Source: a virus
Lineage: Duplodnaviria > Caudoviricetes
IMG/VR virus record: IMGVR_UViG_3300027759_000043
DNA: 64,000 nucleotides
Direction: 5' to 3' (one strand)
Shown here: positions 37,416-46,007 of the stretch, piece after piece
Position numbering within the stretch: the first letter of the stretch is position 1
Layout: each line of letters starts with the position of its first letter
Notes under the pieces: generated by a model
Databases searched by the model: none
Told to the model about the DNA's origin: nothing
What the model saw: only the letters and a program-made list of their open reading frames with translations
Program-made: the position numbers and the translations under genes

Positions 37416-39866
37416 GTGTCTATAAAAAAACCTTCCGCTGTTGAGTCAATATACGTTACTACCACTGATATTACTCCTGTTAAAAAACCTTCCGCGGTTA
37501 ATTCGGCATACGTTACTACTGCTAATACCACTGACATTACTCCTGTTACAAAACCTTCCGCGGTTAATGCACCGCAAGTTATCACCGATACTAATCCGGT
37601 TACAAAACCTTCTACGGTTGATTCCCCATATGTTACTCCGGATACTACTCCTACTAGACTTGCTGCCGCACCTGTAGCCGGTGGTGGAATCTCCACTGTA
37701 GTTGCCGCTGTCGCTAATACTGTGTCTGCTGATGCTAATACAGATACTAGCACATCCAGCACAGGATCAAATGTTTCTTATTACGCCTCAGGAATCGAGG
37801 GCATTGCTGGCCTGGTCAACTATGGCCGAGTGTTTGATGGAGCCAATGTGTATGTTACCCTGGAGCAACAGCAATACAATACCTACAATCAAACAATTGG
37901 AATCGGCAACAGTATCAGTGTAACAGGCAATATTACCAGTGGTGGATACTTTATTGGCAATGGTTCACAACTAACAGGATTGGCCGCAACTTATGGCAAC
38001 GCAAATGTAATCACTTTGTTGTCTAGTTTGGGCAGTAATATCATCAGTGGTACAGGTAACATCACAACCACTGCCAACATCAGTGGCGGTTATATCCTAG
38101 GTAACGGCAGTCAATTGAGTGGTATTCCTGCCAGTTATGGCAATGCTAATGTTGTGGCTAACTTGGCGTTGCTAGGTTCAAACCCGGTCAGCACCACAGG
38201 TAATGTGACTGCTGGCTACGTGATTGGTAATGGATCCACATTGACCAGTATTGCTGGCGCCAACGTCACAGGCACTGTGGCCAATGCAACCTATGCGGTG
38301 TCAGCAGGATCAGCAACCAGTGCAACCACATCTAGTACAGTGACAACTGCGGCACAGTCAAATATAACTTCAGTTGGTATATTAAGCAGTTTAAGTTCTA
38401 CAGGTAATGTCACAGGTGGCAACATACTAACTGCTGGTATAATAAGTGCCACAGGTAACATTGCTGGCAACGTATTCATTGGTAATGGTTCACAGTTGAC
38501 TGGTCTACCAGCAACGTATGGCAATGCCAACGTTGTGGCCAATTTAGCAGCCTTGGGTTCAAATCCGGTAAGCACTACAGGCAATGTGACTGGTGGTAAT
38601 TTATTATTTGGACCGGGCATCATTAGTGGCACCGGCAACATAACTGGTGGCAACTTAGATTTATCTTACATGGGCGGCGCGGCAAAAGGTAATCTTACCG
38701 GTGGTAATATATCAGTAACTGGCAACATCACTGGTGGTAACTTGTTAACAGGTGGACTGTTATCAACTGGTGGCAATGTAACTGGTGGAAATATTTTAAC
38801 AGCCGGAGCCGTGAGTGCCTCCAGTACAATTACTGGTGCCAACTTATCAACAGGTGGAACGGTAAGTGCTACCGGTAATGTCGCAGGTGGCAATATCGTA
38901 ACTGGTGGACTGATCTCCGCCACAGGCAATATAACTTCAGCCGGTAACATATTAAATCAAGGCTTTGTATCAAGTACTGGCAATGCCATACACGGCAACA
39001 TCTTAACTGGTGGGCTTGTGAGTGCAACTGGTAATATTACTAGTGGTAATTTGTCAGTAGTAGGAACTATCAATGGTAGCAATATTAATTTAGGATTTAA
39101 CTTATCGGCAACTGGTACAGTGACTGGTTCAAATTTCAATACTACTGGGCTAATAAGTGCAGGCGGTAATGTCACAGTCGGTAACCTACTAACTGCTGGC
39201 ATAATATCAGCAACATCAACAATTACAAGTGCCGCCAACGTAACAGGTGGCAACATCTTAACTGCTGGTGTTGTGACTGCCACAGGCAATATTGTCACAG
39301 CCGGTAACTTTGTGGGCAACGGTGCCGCATTAACCAATGTCACTGTGAGTGTGGCCGGTAACATCATTGGCACACAGTCAAATGTAACCTTGGTAGCCGG
39401 CTCATACAATTGGACATTTAACAACACCGGTAACTTGACTTTGCCCGGCAACACGTTTGCTGTAAACTACGCCAACAACACACAGGTGAATGCGGTCACA
39501 AGATTTGAAGGTGCTTGGACTGTGCCCGTGGGCAACAGCACCCAAAGTTTCACTGTGACACCCAGCGAGACCTACTACATGTGGGTTGATTGCAATATCC
39601 CCAATGGTATCTTGTCCTGGAACGCCACGGCCTCCGTTACCAACACCAACGTACCTGTTGTGGGTGTTCAGTATGCCTGGGTCTACAACGGTGGTGGAAC
39701 ACCTATTGATTTTACCAGCATACCCAATCAGTTTATAGGCACTGCCAACACCATAGTTCGTAGCAATGTGGCTCCTAGTTCAACTACCAATAGATTTGAC
39801 TTTGGAATCAACAACACCAGCGGCGCCAGTCAGACGGTGCGTTACGGTTGGATCGCAATCAGTTGA
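37416..39866 (+). CDS. Tail fibre/spike-like protein with Gly/Asn/Thr repeats
   Basis: Many (S/T)ATGN(I/V)TGGN repeats; GTG start inferred after GTAAATA (37389-37395). Confidence 0.8.
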   Translation: MSIKKPSAVESIYVTTTDITPVKKPSAVNSAYVTTANTTDITPVTKPSAVNAPQVITDTNPVTKPSTVDSPYVTPDTTPTRLAAAPVAGGGISTVVAAVANTVSADANTDTSTSSTGSNVSYYASGIEGIAGLVNYGRVFDGANVYVTLEQQQYNTYNQTIGIGNSISVTGNITSGGYFIGNGSQLTGLAATYGNANVITLLSSLGSNIISGTGNITTTANISGGYILGNGSQLSGIPASYGNANVVANLALLGSNPVSTTGNVTAGYVIGNGSTLTSIAGANVTGTVANATYAVSAGSATSATTSSTVTTAAQSNITSVGILSSLSSTGNVTGGNILTAGIISATGNIAGNVFIGNGSQLTGLPATYGNANVVANLAALGSNPVSTTGNVTGGNLLFGPGIISGTGNITGGNLDLSYMGGAAKGNLTGGNISVTGNITGGNLLTGGLLSTGGNVTGGNILTAGAVSASSTITGANLSTGGTVSATGNVAGGNIVTGGLISATGNITSAGNILNQGFVSSTGNAIHGNILTGGLVSATGNITSGNLSVVGTINGSNINLGFNLSATGTVTGSNFNTTGLISAGGNVTVGNLLTAGIISATSTITSAANVTGGNILTAGVVTATGNIVTAGNFVGNGAALTNVTVSVAGNIIGTQSNVTLVAGSYNWTFNNTGNLTLPGNTFAVNYANNTQVNAVTRFEGAWTVPVGNSTQSFTVTPSETYYMWVDCNIPNGILSWNATASVTNTNVPVVGVQYAWVYNGGGTPIDFTSIPNQFIGTANTIVRSNVAPSSTTNRFDFGINNTSGASQTVRYGWIAIS

Positions 39867-39867
39867 T

Positions 39868-40572
39868 ATGATCATACAAGGTGTAACACTGACTGGCGTT
39901 GCTGTATATGATGGTGTTGTATCCAGTGGGCTACAATTATATCTTGATGCGGCCAGTTCCTCAAGTTATCCAGGTTCGGGCACCACTTGGTTTGATCTAA
40001 GCGGCAACGGCAACGACGTTGCGATGCAGAATTCGGGCAGTATCTCGTACACTGCATCAGGTGGTGGATACTTTACTTTGGCCAGCAATGGCTATTTTAA
40101 CCGAGCCTCAACCACCGGCATTCCCACAGGCACAAGTGCTTATACATTTAGTGTATGGATACAAAAGGGAGCAAGTTGGGGCGGCAACGGCATGATTGGT
40201 GTGGGTAGTTCAACTACTACTAATCAAACCAATCAATTTAGAACTACCAGCACAAATGCGTATGTAAACTATTGGTATGGTAACGATCTAGCCGCAACCA
40301 GCACACTTAGTCCTGCATCACAATGGTTTAATGCTGTGGCACAATGGGATGGGACCACTAGAAAAATCTGGGTCAACGGTACACAACTCAGCAGTGCCGG
40401 GGCCAGTGGACTCAATGTATCCTCAAGTCTACTACAAGTCGGTGCAACCAATGTTGGCGGTAGTGAACCTTTACAAGGCAACATTGGTCAAGCATTGATC
40501 TATAACCGTGCATTAACTTCAACAGAAATTCAACAAAATTACACTGCAACCCGAACAAGGTACGGAGTCTAA
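39868..40572 (+). CDS. Concanavalin-A/LamG-like lectin domain protein
   Basis: LQLYLDA..SSSYPGSGTTWFDLSGNGN, IWVNG, IYNRALTS.EI.QNY. Confidence 0.85.
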   Translation: MIIQGVTLTGVAVYDGVVSSGLQLYLDAASSSSYPGSGTTWFDLSGNGNDVAMQNSGSISYTASGGGYFTLASNGYFNRASTTGIPTGTSAYTFSVWIQKGASWGGNGMIGVGSSTTTNQTNQFRTTSTNAYVNYWYGNDLAATSTLSPASQWFNAVAQWDGTTRKIWVNGTQLSSAGASGLNVSSSLLQVGATNVGGSEPLQGNIGQALIYNRALTSTEIQQNYTATRTRYGV

Positions 40573-40600
40573 TAAATACTCCAGCCCAAAGGAATTGCCT

Positions 40601-40765
40601 ATGAGTTGGTTCAGAAGACTCCCACACCGTTATCCGCCTGCAACCCCTGCTCCTGCACCGCATAGAACCAGTCCTGCTAGTGATCTAGCACTAGAACAAG
40701 CCAAAAAAATTGGCCCAAGCAGTCATAAAAATGTCAAAAAATCCCGCCCTATAAATAAGGAATGA
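40601..40765 (+). CDS. Small basic Pro-rich protein, 54 aa (not in ORF track)
   Basis: AAGGA RBS, ATAAATA upstream; MSWFRRLPHRYPP...; stop overlaps the next ATG. Confidence 0.55.
   Translation: MSWFRRLPHRYPPATPAPAPHRTSPASDLALEQAKKIGPSSHKNVKKSRPINKE
40720..40757 (+). promoter_or_regulatory. Pho-box-like repeat plus TATAAATA upstream of the GATase-like gene
   Basis: CAGTCAT-AAAA-ATGTCAA, then TATAAATA at 40750-40757. Confidence 0.55.
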
Positions 40766-41409
40766 AACCCACTATAGCCCTGTTCATTTACGATCCCAAG
40801 TGTAGTGTACAAAGCGGCAATGGCATTATTCGAGCATTACAATCACACTACAACTTCAAGATATTCGGCAAGAATGAACTGGAAAAAGTTTTCTTTGACG
40901 ATGTGGACATGATTGCAGTTCCGGGCGGACTGGGTGATGCCAGTAGTTATGAAACTGCATTTAGGTACAATGCTCAGCCAGTACGAGATTTTGTAGCACA
41001 GGGTGGTCGATACCTTGGCATCTGTATGGGTGCTTACTGGGCCGGAAGTCACTATCTTGATATACTGCAAGATGCGGATGCTGAACAATACATTTGTCGC
41101 CCTGGAACAGACACACGTAGGCCACATGCTAAAAATTTAGATGTGCATTGGAATCATGTTCCTCAAAAAATGTTCTTTTATGATGGCTGTGCCTTGGTAG
41201 GCGATACAAACAAATTCCGAACTGTGGCAACCTATGCTAATGGTGATCCCATGGCTATTCAGCAAAACAACATTGGCCTAATAGGATGTCATCCCGAAAG
41301 TGAACAGTTCTGGTTCGACAGTTATTCATGGATGCGGGGTCGATATCACGGCGGAGAGCATCACAGGCTCTTACTTGAATTTGTTGATCAAATGTTTGTC
41401 ACAAAATAG
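40762..41409 (+). CDS. Class I glutamine amidotransferase-like (BPL_N-type) protein
   Basis: VPGG, GGRYLGICMGAY nucleophile elbow, IGCHPE. Confidence 0.75.
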   Translation: MKPTIALFIYDPKCSVQSGNGIIRALQSHYNFKIFGKNELEKVFFDDVDMIAVPGGLGDASSYETAFRYNAQPVRDFVAQGGRYLGICMGAYWAGSHYLDILQDADAEQYICRPGTDTRRPHAKNLDVHWNHVPQKMFFYDGCALVGDTNKFRTVATYANGDPMAIQQNNIGLIGCHPESEQFWFDSYSWMRGRYHGGEHHRLLLEFVDQMFVTK

Positions 41410-41430
41410 TAACACAGATCTGCCTAAATA
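41396..41430 (+). promoter_or_regulatory. Pho-box-like repeat plus TAAATA upstream of the plcP-like gene
   Basis: TTGTCAC-AAAA-TAGTAAC, 10 nt, CTAAATA; same spacing as the pstS element. Confidence 0.75.
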
Positions 41431-41436
41431 CTTGCT

Positions 41437-42231
41437 ATGCTAAAAACATACCGCAGTATTTTTATCAGTGACGTACATCTTGGCACAAGAGACTGCAAGG
41501 CAGAAGAACTAAACAATTTTTTAAAACATAACTCATGTGATACGCTGTATCTAGTGGGAGACATCATCGATGCGTGGAAGATACAACAAAATAAATTGCG
41601 ATGGAAACAAAGCCACACCAATGTGGTACGCAGAGTACTTGGACATGCCAAACGTGGCACTAGGGTGGTATACGTAGCCGGTAATCATGACGAATTCCTG
41701 CGACCCATGATACCATACGCGGCGTCATTTGGCACTGTGGAAATTTGTAACCAATGCGAACATATAGGTGCAGACGGTCGACATTATCTTGTGGTACACG
41801 GCGACTTATTCGATGGCATCACACGATTAGCACCGTGGTTGAGTTTTTTAGGAGACAAGGCATATGATTTTATCTTGGGACTTAATAGTAGATTTAATTG
41901 GATCCGCCATCGTATGGGTTTTGGTTATTGGAGTCTTAGCCAGTTTCTTAAGCATAGGGTCAAAAAAGCCATTGACTTCATGTTCCACTTTGAACGGAAC
42001 CTCGCAACCTACTGTAAGAAAAGAGGATTTGATGGCGTGGTCTGCGGTCACATACACCACGCAGAAATAAAAGAAATTGACGGTGTTACATACATGAACG
42101 ATGGCGACTGGGTTGAGAGTTGTACAGCCTTAGTTGAACATCATGACGGACGTTGGGAAATTGTAACTTGGACAAAAACACATGACGAAAAAGATACTGA
42201 TAATAACGGACAACTTACCGGACCAAATTAA
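41437..42231 (+). CDS. plcP: PlcP-like phospholipase C (LpxH-like metallophosphoesterase)
   Basis: YRSIFISDVHLG, YLVGDIID, GNHDEFLR, HGDLFD, GD.AYD, YWSLS, CGHIHH, YMNDGDWVESCTAL. Confidence 0.8.
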   Translation: MLKTYRSIFISDVHLGTRDCKAEELNNFLKHNSCDTLYLVGDIIDAWKIQQNKLRWKQSHTNVVRRVLGHAKRGTRVVYVAGNHDEFLRPMIPYAASFGTVEICNQCEHIGADGRHYLVVHGDLFDGITRLAPWLSFLGDKAYDFILGLNSRFNWIRHRMGFGYWSLSQFLKHRVKKAIDFMFHFERNLATYCKKRGFDGVVCGHIHHAEIKEIDGVTYMNDGDWVESCTALVEHHDGRWEIVTWTKTHDEKDTDNNGQLTGPN

Positions 42232-43192
42232 TGGCGTGGTCACCACTTACAAGAACATCGAGGCTTGTGCGGTACTGGATGGTTATCACGTTGATTATAT
42301 TGATCCCGGGCGGTTCCGCTACATTAATTGCCCTCGCTACCACGAAGTCAAGATTGCCTATCCCCGGAACTTGGGCGCGAAGATTGAGGAGATTGCTCCG
42401 GATTATATCCATATCGCCACAGAGGGTCCTCTTGGTCTGTGGGCTAGAGCATATCTTTCACTGGGCGATATTCGTCACAATACCGCTTATCACACTAAGT
42501 TTCCTGAAGGGCTCAAAAAGTTATTTGGAATACCTGAGTCTATTACCTGGCGTTTTGTACGATGGTTTCATAAACATAGTGGCAAGGTTTTAACAACAAC
42601 CGATTCAATGGTAGCAGAGTTGCAATCGCACGGATTCAATGGCGAGGTAGTTCCTTGGACACGCGGTGTTGACCGTGAAATCTTTACTCCTGCACTTAGA
42701 GAAGATGCGCCAGCAAAATATCTCTTATGTGTTAGTCGTGTGAGTAAAGAAAAGAATCTTGAACAATTCCTCGAACTTGACTATCCTGGATATCAAAAGA
42801 TCATGGTAGGGGATGGACCCATGCTTGACACTTACAAGAAAAAGTATCCTGATGTACACTTTACAGGTTTTAAAACAGGTCGAGATTTAGCACGTTACTA
42901 TGCCAATGCTGACGTATTTGTGTTCCCAAGCCAGTGGGAAACATTTGGTATTGTGATGATTGAAGCCATGGCCTGCGGAACCCCAGTTGCGGCTTACCCT
43001 GTTCAGGGGCCTGAAGATGTCATAGATGAAGGCATTACTGGCTGTATGAATCTTGATCTAAAGCAGGCAGTTACTGATTGTTTATTTTTAAATAGACAGA
43101 AAGTATGGGAAGGTAGTCAACGTTGGAGTTGGGAGAGAGCATGGGCAATATTCCGCGACAATCTTACTCCCAATCACCTGTGGACCAATTAA
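42182..43192 (+). CDS. GT4 glycosyltransferase, Agt-like glycolipid synthase
   Basis: DQINGVVTT, IHIATEGPLG, TAYHTKFPE, RWFH, W.RGVD, EKN, FPSQWETFGIVMIEAMACG. Confidence 0.75.
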   Translation: MTKKILIITDNLPDQINGVVTTYKNIEACAVLDGYHVDYIDPGRFRYINCPRYHEVKIAYPRNLGAKIEEIAPDYIHIATEGPLGLWARAYLSLGDIRHNTAYHTKFPEGLKKLFGIPESITWRFVRWFHKHSGKVLTTTDSMVAELQSHGFNGEVVPWTRGVDREIFTPALREDAPAKYLLCVSRVSKEKNLEQFLELDYPGYQKIMVGDGPMLDTYKKKYPDVHFTGFKTGRDLARYYANADVFVFPSQWETFGIVMIEAMACGTPVAAYPVQGPEDVIDEGITGCMNLDLKQAVTDCLFLNRQKVWEGSQRWSWERAWAIFRDNLTPNHLWTN

Positions 43193-43209
43193 ACAAACAA
43201 AGGAAAAAT

Positions 43210-43818
43210 ATGAAAGAAATCTTACAAACACTTCGCGAGCAACGCTGGGACGACCATCGTTACTATCATCACAGTAGAATCAATCAATTCTTACACTTAA
43301 TCTCAGCCTCAAGTTTCTTGATTGCTTATGTGTATCTGTTTATTGATCCTGTTGTGAGTGCCTGGATTGCCTGGTTAGTTGCCATGACCACTCGCCAAGC
43401 CGGACACTTCTTCTTTGAACCACACGGCTACGATGAATACAACAAGGCCACATTCGAATACAAAGAAAAAATTAAGATTGGTTTCAATCTAAAACGCAAA
43501 CGAGTATTGTTATCTTGTTGGATAGCAGTTCCTATCTTGGCATTCTTTGATGCTGAGTTGATGAACTTGTTAATACCTGACAATGATCCCATGACATTTG
43601 TAAATCGTGTGGGCATGGGATGGTTATGGTTGGGTGCCGCCGGCGTTGTGTTTAGAATGATTCAACTGACTGCATTACAAAGCCGAAAGGTTGCACTGGT
43701 CTGGTGTCTAAAGATCATAACTGATCCATTCCATGATGTATGGATCTATCGTAAGAGCCCTATATATCTGATGCAGGGTCAGTTAATAGATCCTGACCTA
43801 AGACAAGATTATGCCTGA
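43210..43818 (+). CDS. Membrane protein resembling the DUF962/Mpo1 family
   Basis: AAGGA RBS; WDDHRYYHHSRINQFLHLIS and RQAGHFFFEP His motifs; several TM helices. Confidence 0.55.
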   Translation: MKEILQTLREQRWDDHRYYHHSRINQFLHLISASSFLIAYVYLFIDPVVSAWIAWLVAMTTRQAGHFFFEPHGYDEYNKATFEYKEKIKIGFNLKRKRVLLSCWIAVPILAFFDAELMNLLIPDNDPMTFVNRVGMGWLWLGAAGVVFRMIQLTALQSRKVALVWCLKIITDPFHDVWIYRKSPIYLMQGQLIDPDLRQDYA

Positions 43819-43898
43819 TTGCAAAGACTAGCAAGTCTTGCTTCATTGACAATTTTGTATGTGCTTTAGTTTTAAGCACCGTAGTTTAAATACTTGCT

Positions 43899-44039
43899 AT
43901 GAGCAGTATTTTTGAAGAACTAAACGACTTAATAACAGAGAACCCTGTTGGCAAAGTGCTGGGGATCACTCTGCTGGTTCTTGTTTTCTCTGGAGCCATT
44001 GCTCTTGGGTTTGCCTATTGGATAACTCACAGACATTGA
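43899..44039 (+). CDS. Small single-pass membrane protein, 46 aa (not in ORF track)
   Basis: TAAATACTTGCT-ATG; MSSIFEELNDLITENPVGKVLGITLLVLVFSGAIALGFAYWITHRH*. Confidence 0.6.
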   Translation: MSSIFEELNDLITENPVGKVLGITLLVLVFSGAIALGFAYWITHRH

Positions 44040-44819
44040 TCATCTTCCCAAATATTTTTTAGGTTCGGCTTCTAATTGTCGTTGACGTTCTGACTTTGGT
44101 ATGATGCCAGTGCCCAATTGAGGATACTTCTCAATTCTGTCTTGTATCACCAACGCCATCATTAGCCCAACTGAACAGGCAATAACCACAGCCACCACTC
44201 CCCATATGGCATTGGCCCACACAGCGTCTATACGTCTTTTTCTACGGACTGCACGAACATGATCTTCTCGCATTTGTCGGGCAATAAGAATTTTTTGTTG
44301 CTTACCCATCTTCTCCATCATGTCTTCAACTTCTGAGTGCAATGCACCCAGTTCGGGAGGTGATTGATACACCATTATTTCACGCAGTTCTGTACCCATC
44401 TGTTCTAACTGCTTTTTCATCAGCACACGTTGTAAGGCACGTTTGCCTAGACTGGCATCGCCTGAATAAATCTCGTGTTGACTGTGTTTTTCTTCTTCTT
44501 CAAAGATGGCCATGCACTTGTAGTAGTTGTCGTAGTATGCGCCAAGATGCTCGCCCAGTTCGGTGTAGATGCCCGCTGTTTCACCGTCGCGTTTGTTTAA
44601 TTCAATAACACGATTTTTTTCTTTTACAAATTGATTGCGTTGTTCAACAGTAGGTGTTTTGCCTTTTCCTTCGTATGTACCATGGAACTGTTCGTCGAGA
44701 TCCTTGAGTACAGCCTTGACATCGCCAGCGGCACCCTTGATGTCTTTATAAAGTTGGCAACCTTTTTTGACAGCAGCCACAGCACCATTGGCCAGAGCAA
44801 AGAGGGTTATGGGATCCAT
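44040..44819 (-). CDS. Coiled-coil protein with a C-terminal TM helix
   Basis: MDPITLFALANGAV...; TM segment AIWGVVAVVIACSVGLMMALV. Confidence 0.7.
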   Translation of the reverse strand: MDPITLFALANGAVAAVKKGCQLYKDIKGAAGDVKAVLKDLDEQFHGTYEGKGKTPTVEQRNQFVKEKNRVIELNKRDGETAGIYTELGEHLGAYYDNYYKCMAIFEEEEKHSQHEIYSGDASLGKRALQRVLMKKQLEQMGTELREIMVYQSPPELGALHSEVEDMMEKMGKQQKILIARQMREDHVRAVRRKRRIDAVWANAIWGVVAVVIACSVGLMMALVIQDRIEKYPQLGTGIIPKSERQRQLEAEPKKYLGR

Positions 44820-45073
44820 TACTTGACCTCTTTCTTCAAGCGATACTCGACACAGATCAGTGTTCTGCGGTTGAGGTCACCAATCCAGGCAGTCCTTACA
44901 CATTCAGCAACACCGTGATTGAGTCGGACTTCTCGTTCTCGGGCAGGTAATTCTTGTGCTACACTGGGCCGATTGCCGCCGTACATGGGACTAGATGACA
45001 CAATCGCAGAACCACACAGTATTAACAATAATACCAAGATTACAGTTCTATAGATGGCCCCATATTTTTTCAT
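44819..45073 (-). CDS. Hypothetical exported protein, 84 aa
   Basis: Hydrophobic N-terminus, GGAG RBS, TAAATA upstream on the - strand. Confidence 0.6.
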   Translation of the reverse strand: MKKYGAIYRTVILVLLLILCGSAIVSSSPMYGGNRPSVAQELPAREREVRLNHGVAECVRTAWIGDLNRRTLICVEYRLKKEVK

Positions 45074-45161
45074 CGTACTCCGTGCCCTTGTTGATCAGGG
45101 CTTAAAGTATTTAAAGCAATGTTTGCTTTAGATTAAACAGCGGTTAATTATTTCAGCCAAT

Positions 45162-45181
45162 AAAAAAGCCCCTTGCGGGGC
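45162..45181 (-). terminator. Rho-independent terminator
   Basis: GCCCC-GCAA-GGGGC plus T6 on the - strand. Confidence 0.85.
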
Positions 45182-45185
45182 AGTG

Positions 45186-45506
45186 TTATTTTGCAGGAGT
45201 TTTTCGGACTCGGGGTTTCTTGAGCACAACTGGCTTTTCAGCAGGTGCTTTCTTTGCCCGGGTCTTTTTGGGTTTAGCAGGATTGTCTGCGTGTACTGAC
45301 CACTCTTCAGGTGTCAACGAATGTAACCCAACACAGAACCCAGTTTGACTACGTCCGCAACCACATTTGGTTTGAGTGCTCGGCTTGGCATCCACATGTG
45401 CCTTGGGAAACGGCCAATCGCTTGTGGGTGCCTCAACCTTGTAGGGTGCTTCGGGTGCTGACTCTTTTGGTTTGCCCAAAAAGAATTCTTTGATCTTGTT
45501 AAACAT
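45186..45506 (-). CDS. Small basic protein with a CDGSH-like Cys/His motif
   Basis: TATAAATA plus AAGGAG; CGCGRSQTGFCVGLH resembles CDGSH Fe-S motifs (C-x-C-x2-S-x4-C-x-G-x-H); Lys-rich tail. Confidence 0.55.
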   Translation of the reverse strand: MFNKIKEFFLGKPKESAPEAPYKVEAPTSDWPFPKAHVDAKPSTQTKCGCGRSQTGFCVGLHSLTPEEWSVHADNPAKPKKTRAKKAPAEKPVVLKKPRVRKTPAK

Positions 45507-45594
45507 AATGTTCTCCTTGAAGTATTTATATTCTAGTGATCGCTCACTAGTAAAAACCATTGATTTACAATTATGTTATCATATATAATAGCAC

Positions 45595-45652
45595 ATAGGA
45601 CGCTGGATAGGCCGGGTCCTATAGTAAACTCGCTTTATAGGAGAATCATATG
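45595..45652 (+). promoter_or_regulatory. ROSE-like RNA thermometer, second copy
   Basis: Hairpin ATAGGAC/GTCCTAT, then CTCGCT-TTAT-AGGAG. Confidence 0.6.
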
Positions 45653-45925
45653 TTTACAGCAGACGCACTCATCGATACAGTTCAAACTGGTAAAAAAACT
45701 TTCGTTAACACATTCGTCACAAACGAATCAGTAAAAGACGCAATGATCAAGTTCATTGACGCACAAGCCGATTACACCAAAAAAGCCTCCAAGGTTGGTT
45801 TGGACACAGCAACCACGCTCACAAGCGAAGCAATGAAACAAGTGCAAGAAGTGGTTAAATTTGACTATGTCAAAGCCGGACAAGAATTCTTCAAAGCATT
45901 CCAGCCAGCAACAGCCAAAAAGTAA
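45650..45925 (+). CDS. Amphipathic helical protein, phasin-like
   Basis: 91 aa, A/K/T/Q-rich helical pattern; AGGAG RBS. Confidence 0.5.
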   Translation: MFTADALIDTVQTGKKTFVNTFVTNESVKDAMIKFIDAQADYTKKASKVGLDTATTLTSEAMKQVQEVVKFDYVKAGQEFFKAFQPATAKK

Positions 45926-45939
45926 TACATTAGTATTAC
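45922..45939. promoter_or_regulatory. Palindromic operator-like site, copy 2
   Basis: Perfect arms GTAATAC-ATTA-GTATTAC. Confidence 0.65.
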
Positions 45940-45946
45940 CATTTAC

Positions 45947-45969
45947 AAGCCCTGTTAGCACAGGGCTTT
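45947..45969 (+). terminator. Terminator-like hairpin
   Basis: AAGCCCTG/CAGGGCTT plus a short T tail. Confidence 0.65.
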
Positions 45970-45972
45970 GTC

Positions 45973-46001
45973 TTGACCAATAATGGCTATTCTGCTATAC
46001 T
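45973..46001 (+). promoter_or_regulatory. Sigma70-type early promoter
   Basis: TTGACC-N17-TATACT. Confidence 0.8.
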
Positions 46002-46007
46002 TGCCAC

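Noticed and set aside
37247-39454. Long minus-strand ORFs opposite the tail fibre (37247..37762, 38291..38653, 38666..38950, 38957..39454)
   Set aside because: Antisense shadows of a repetitive Gly/Asn/Thr-rich gene.
41437-42231. Lipid A biosynthesis LpxH assignment
   Set aside because: The Pho-like box, the adjacent Agt-like GT and the GD.AYD/YWS/GDWVESCTA motifs fit the PlcP subfamily better. A phylogeny is needed to settle it.
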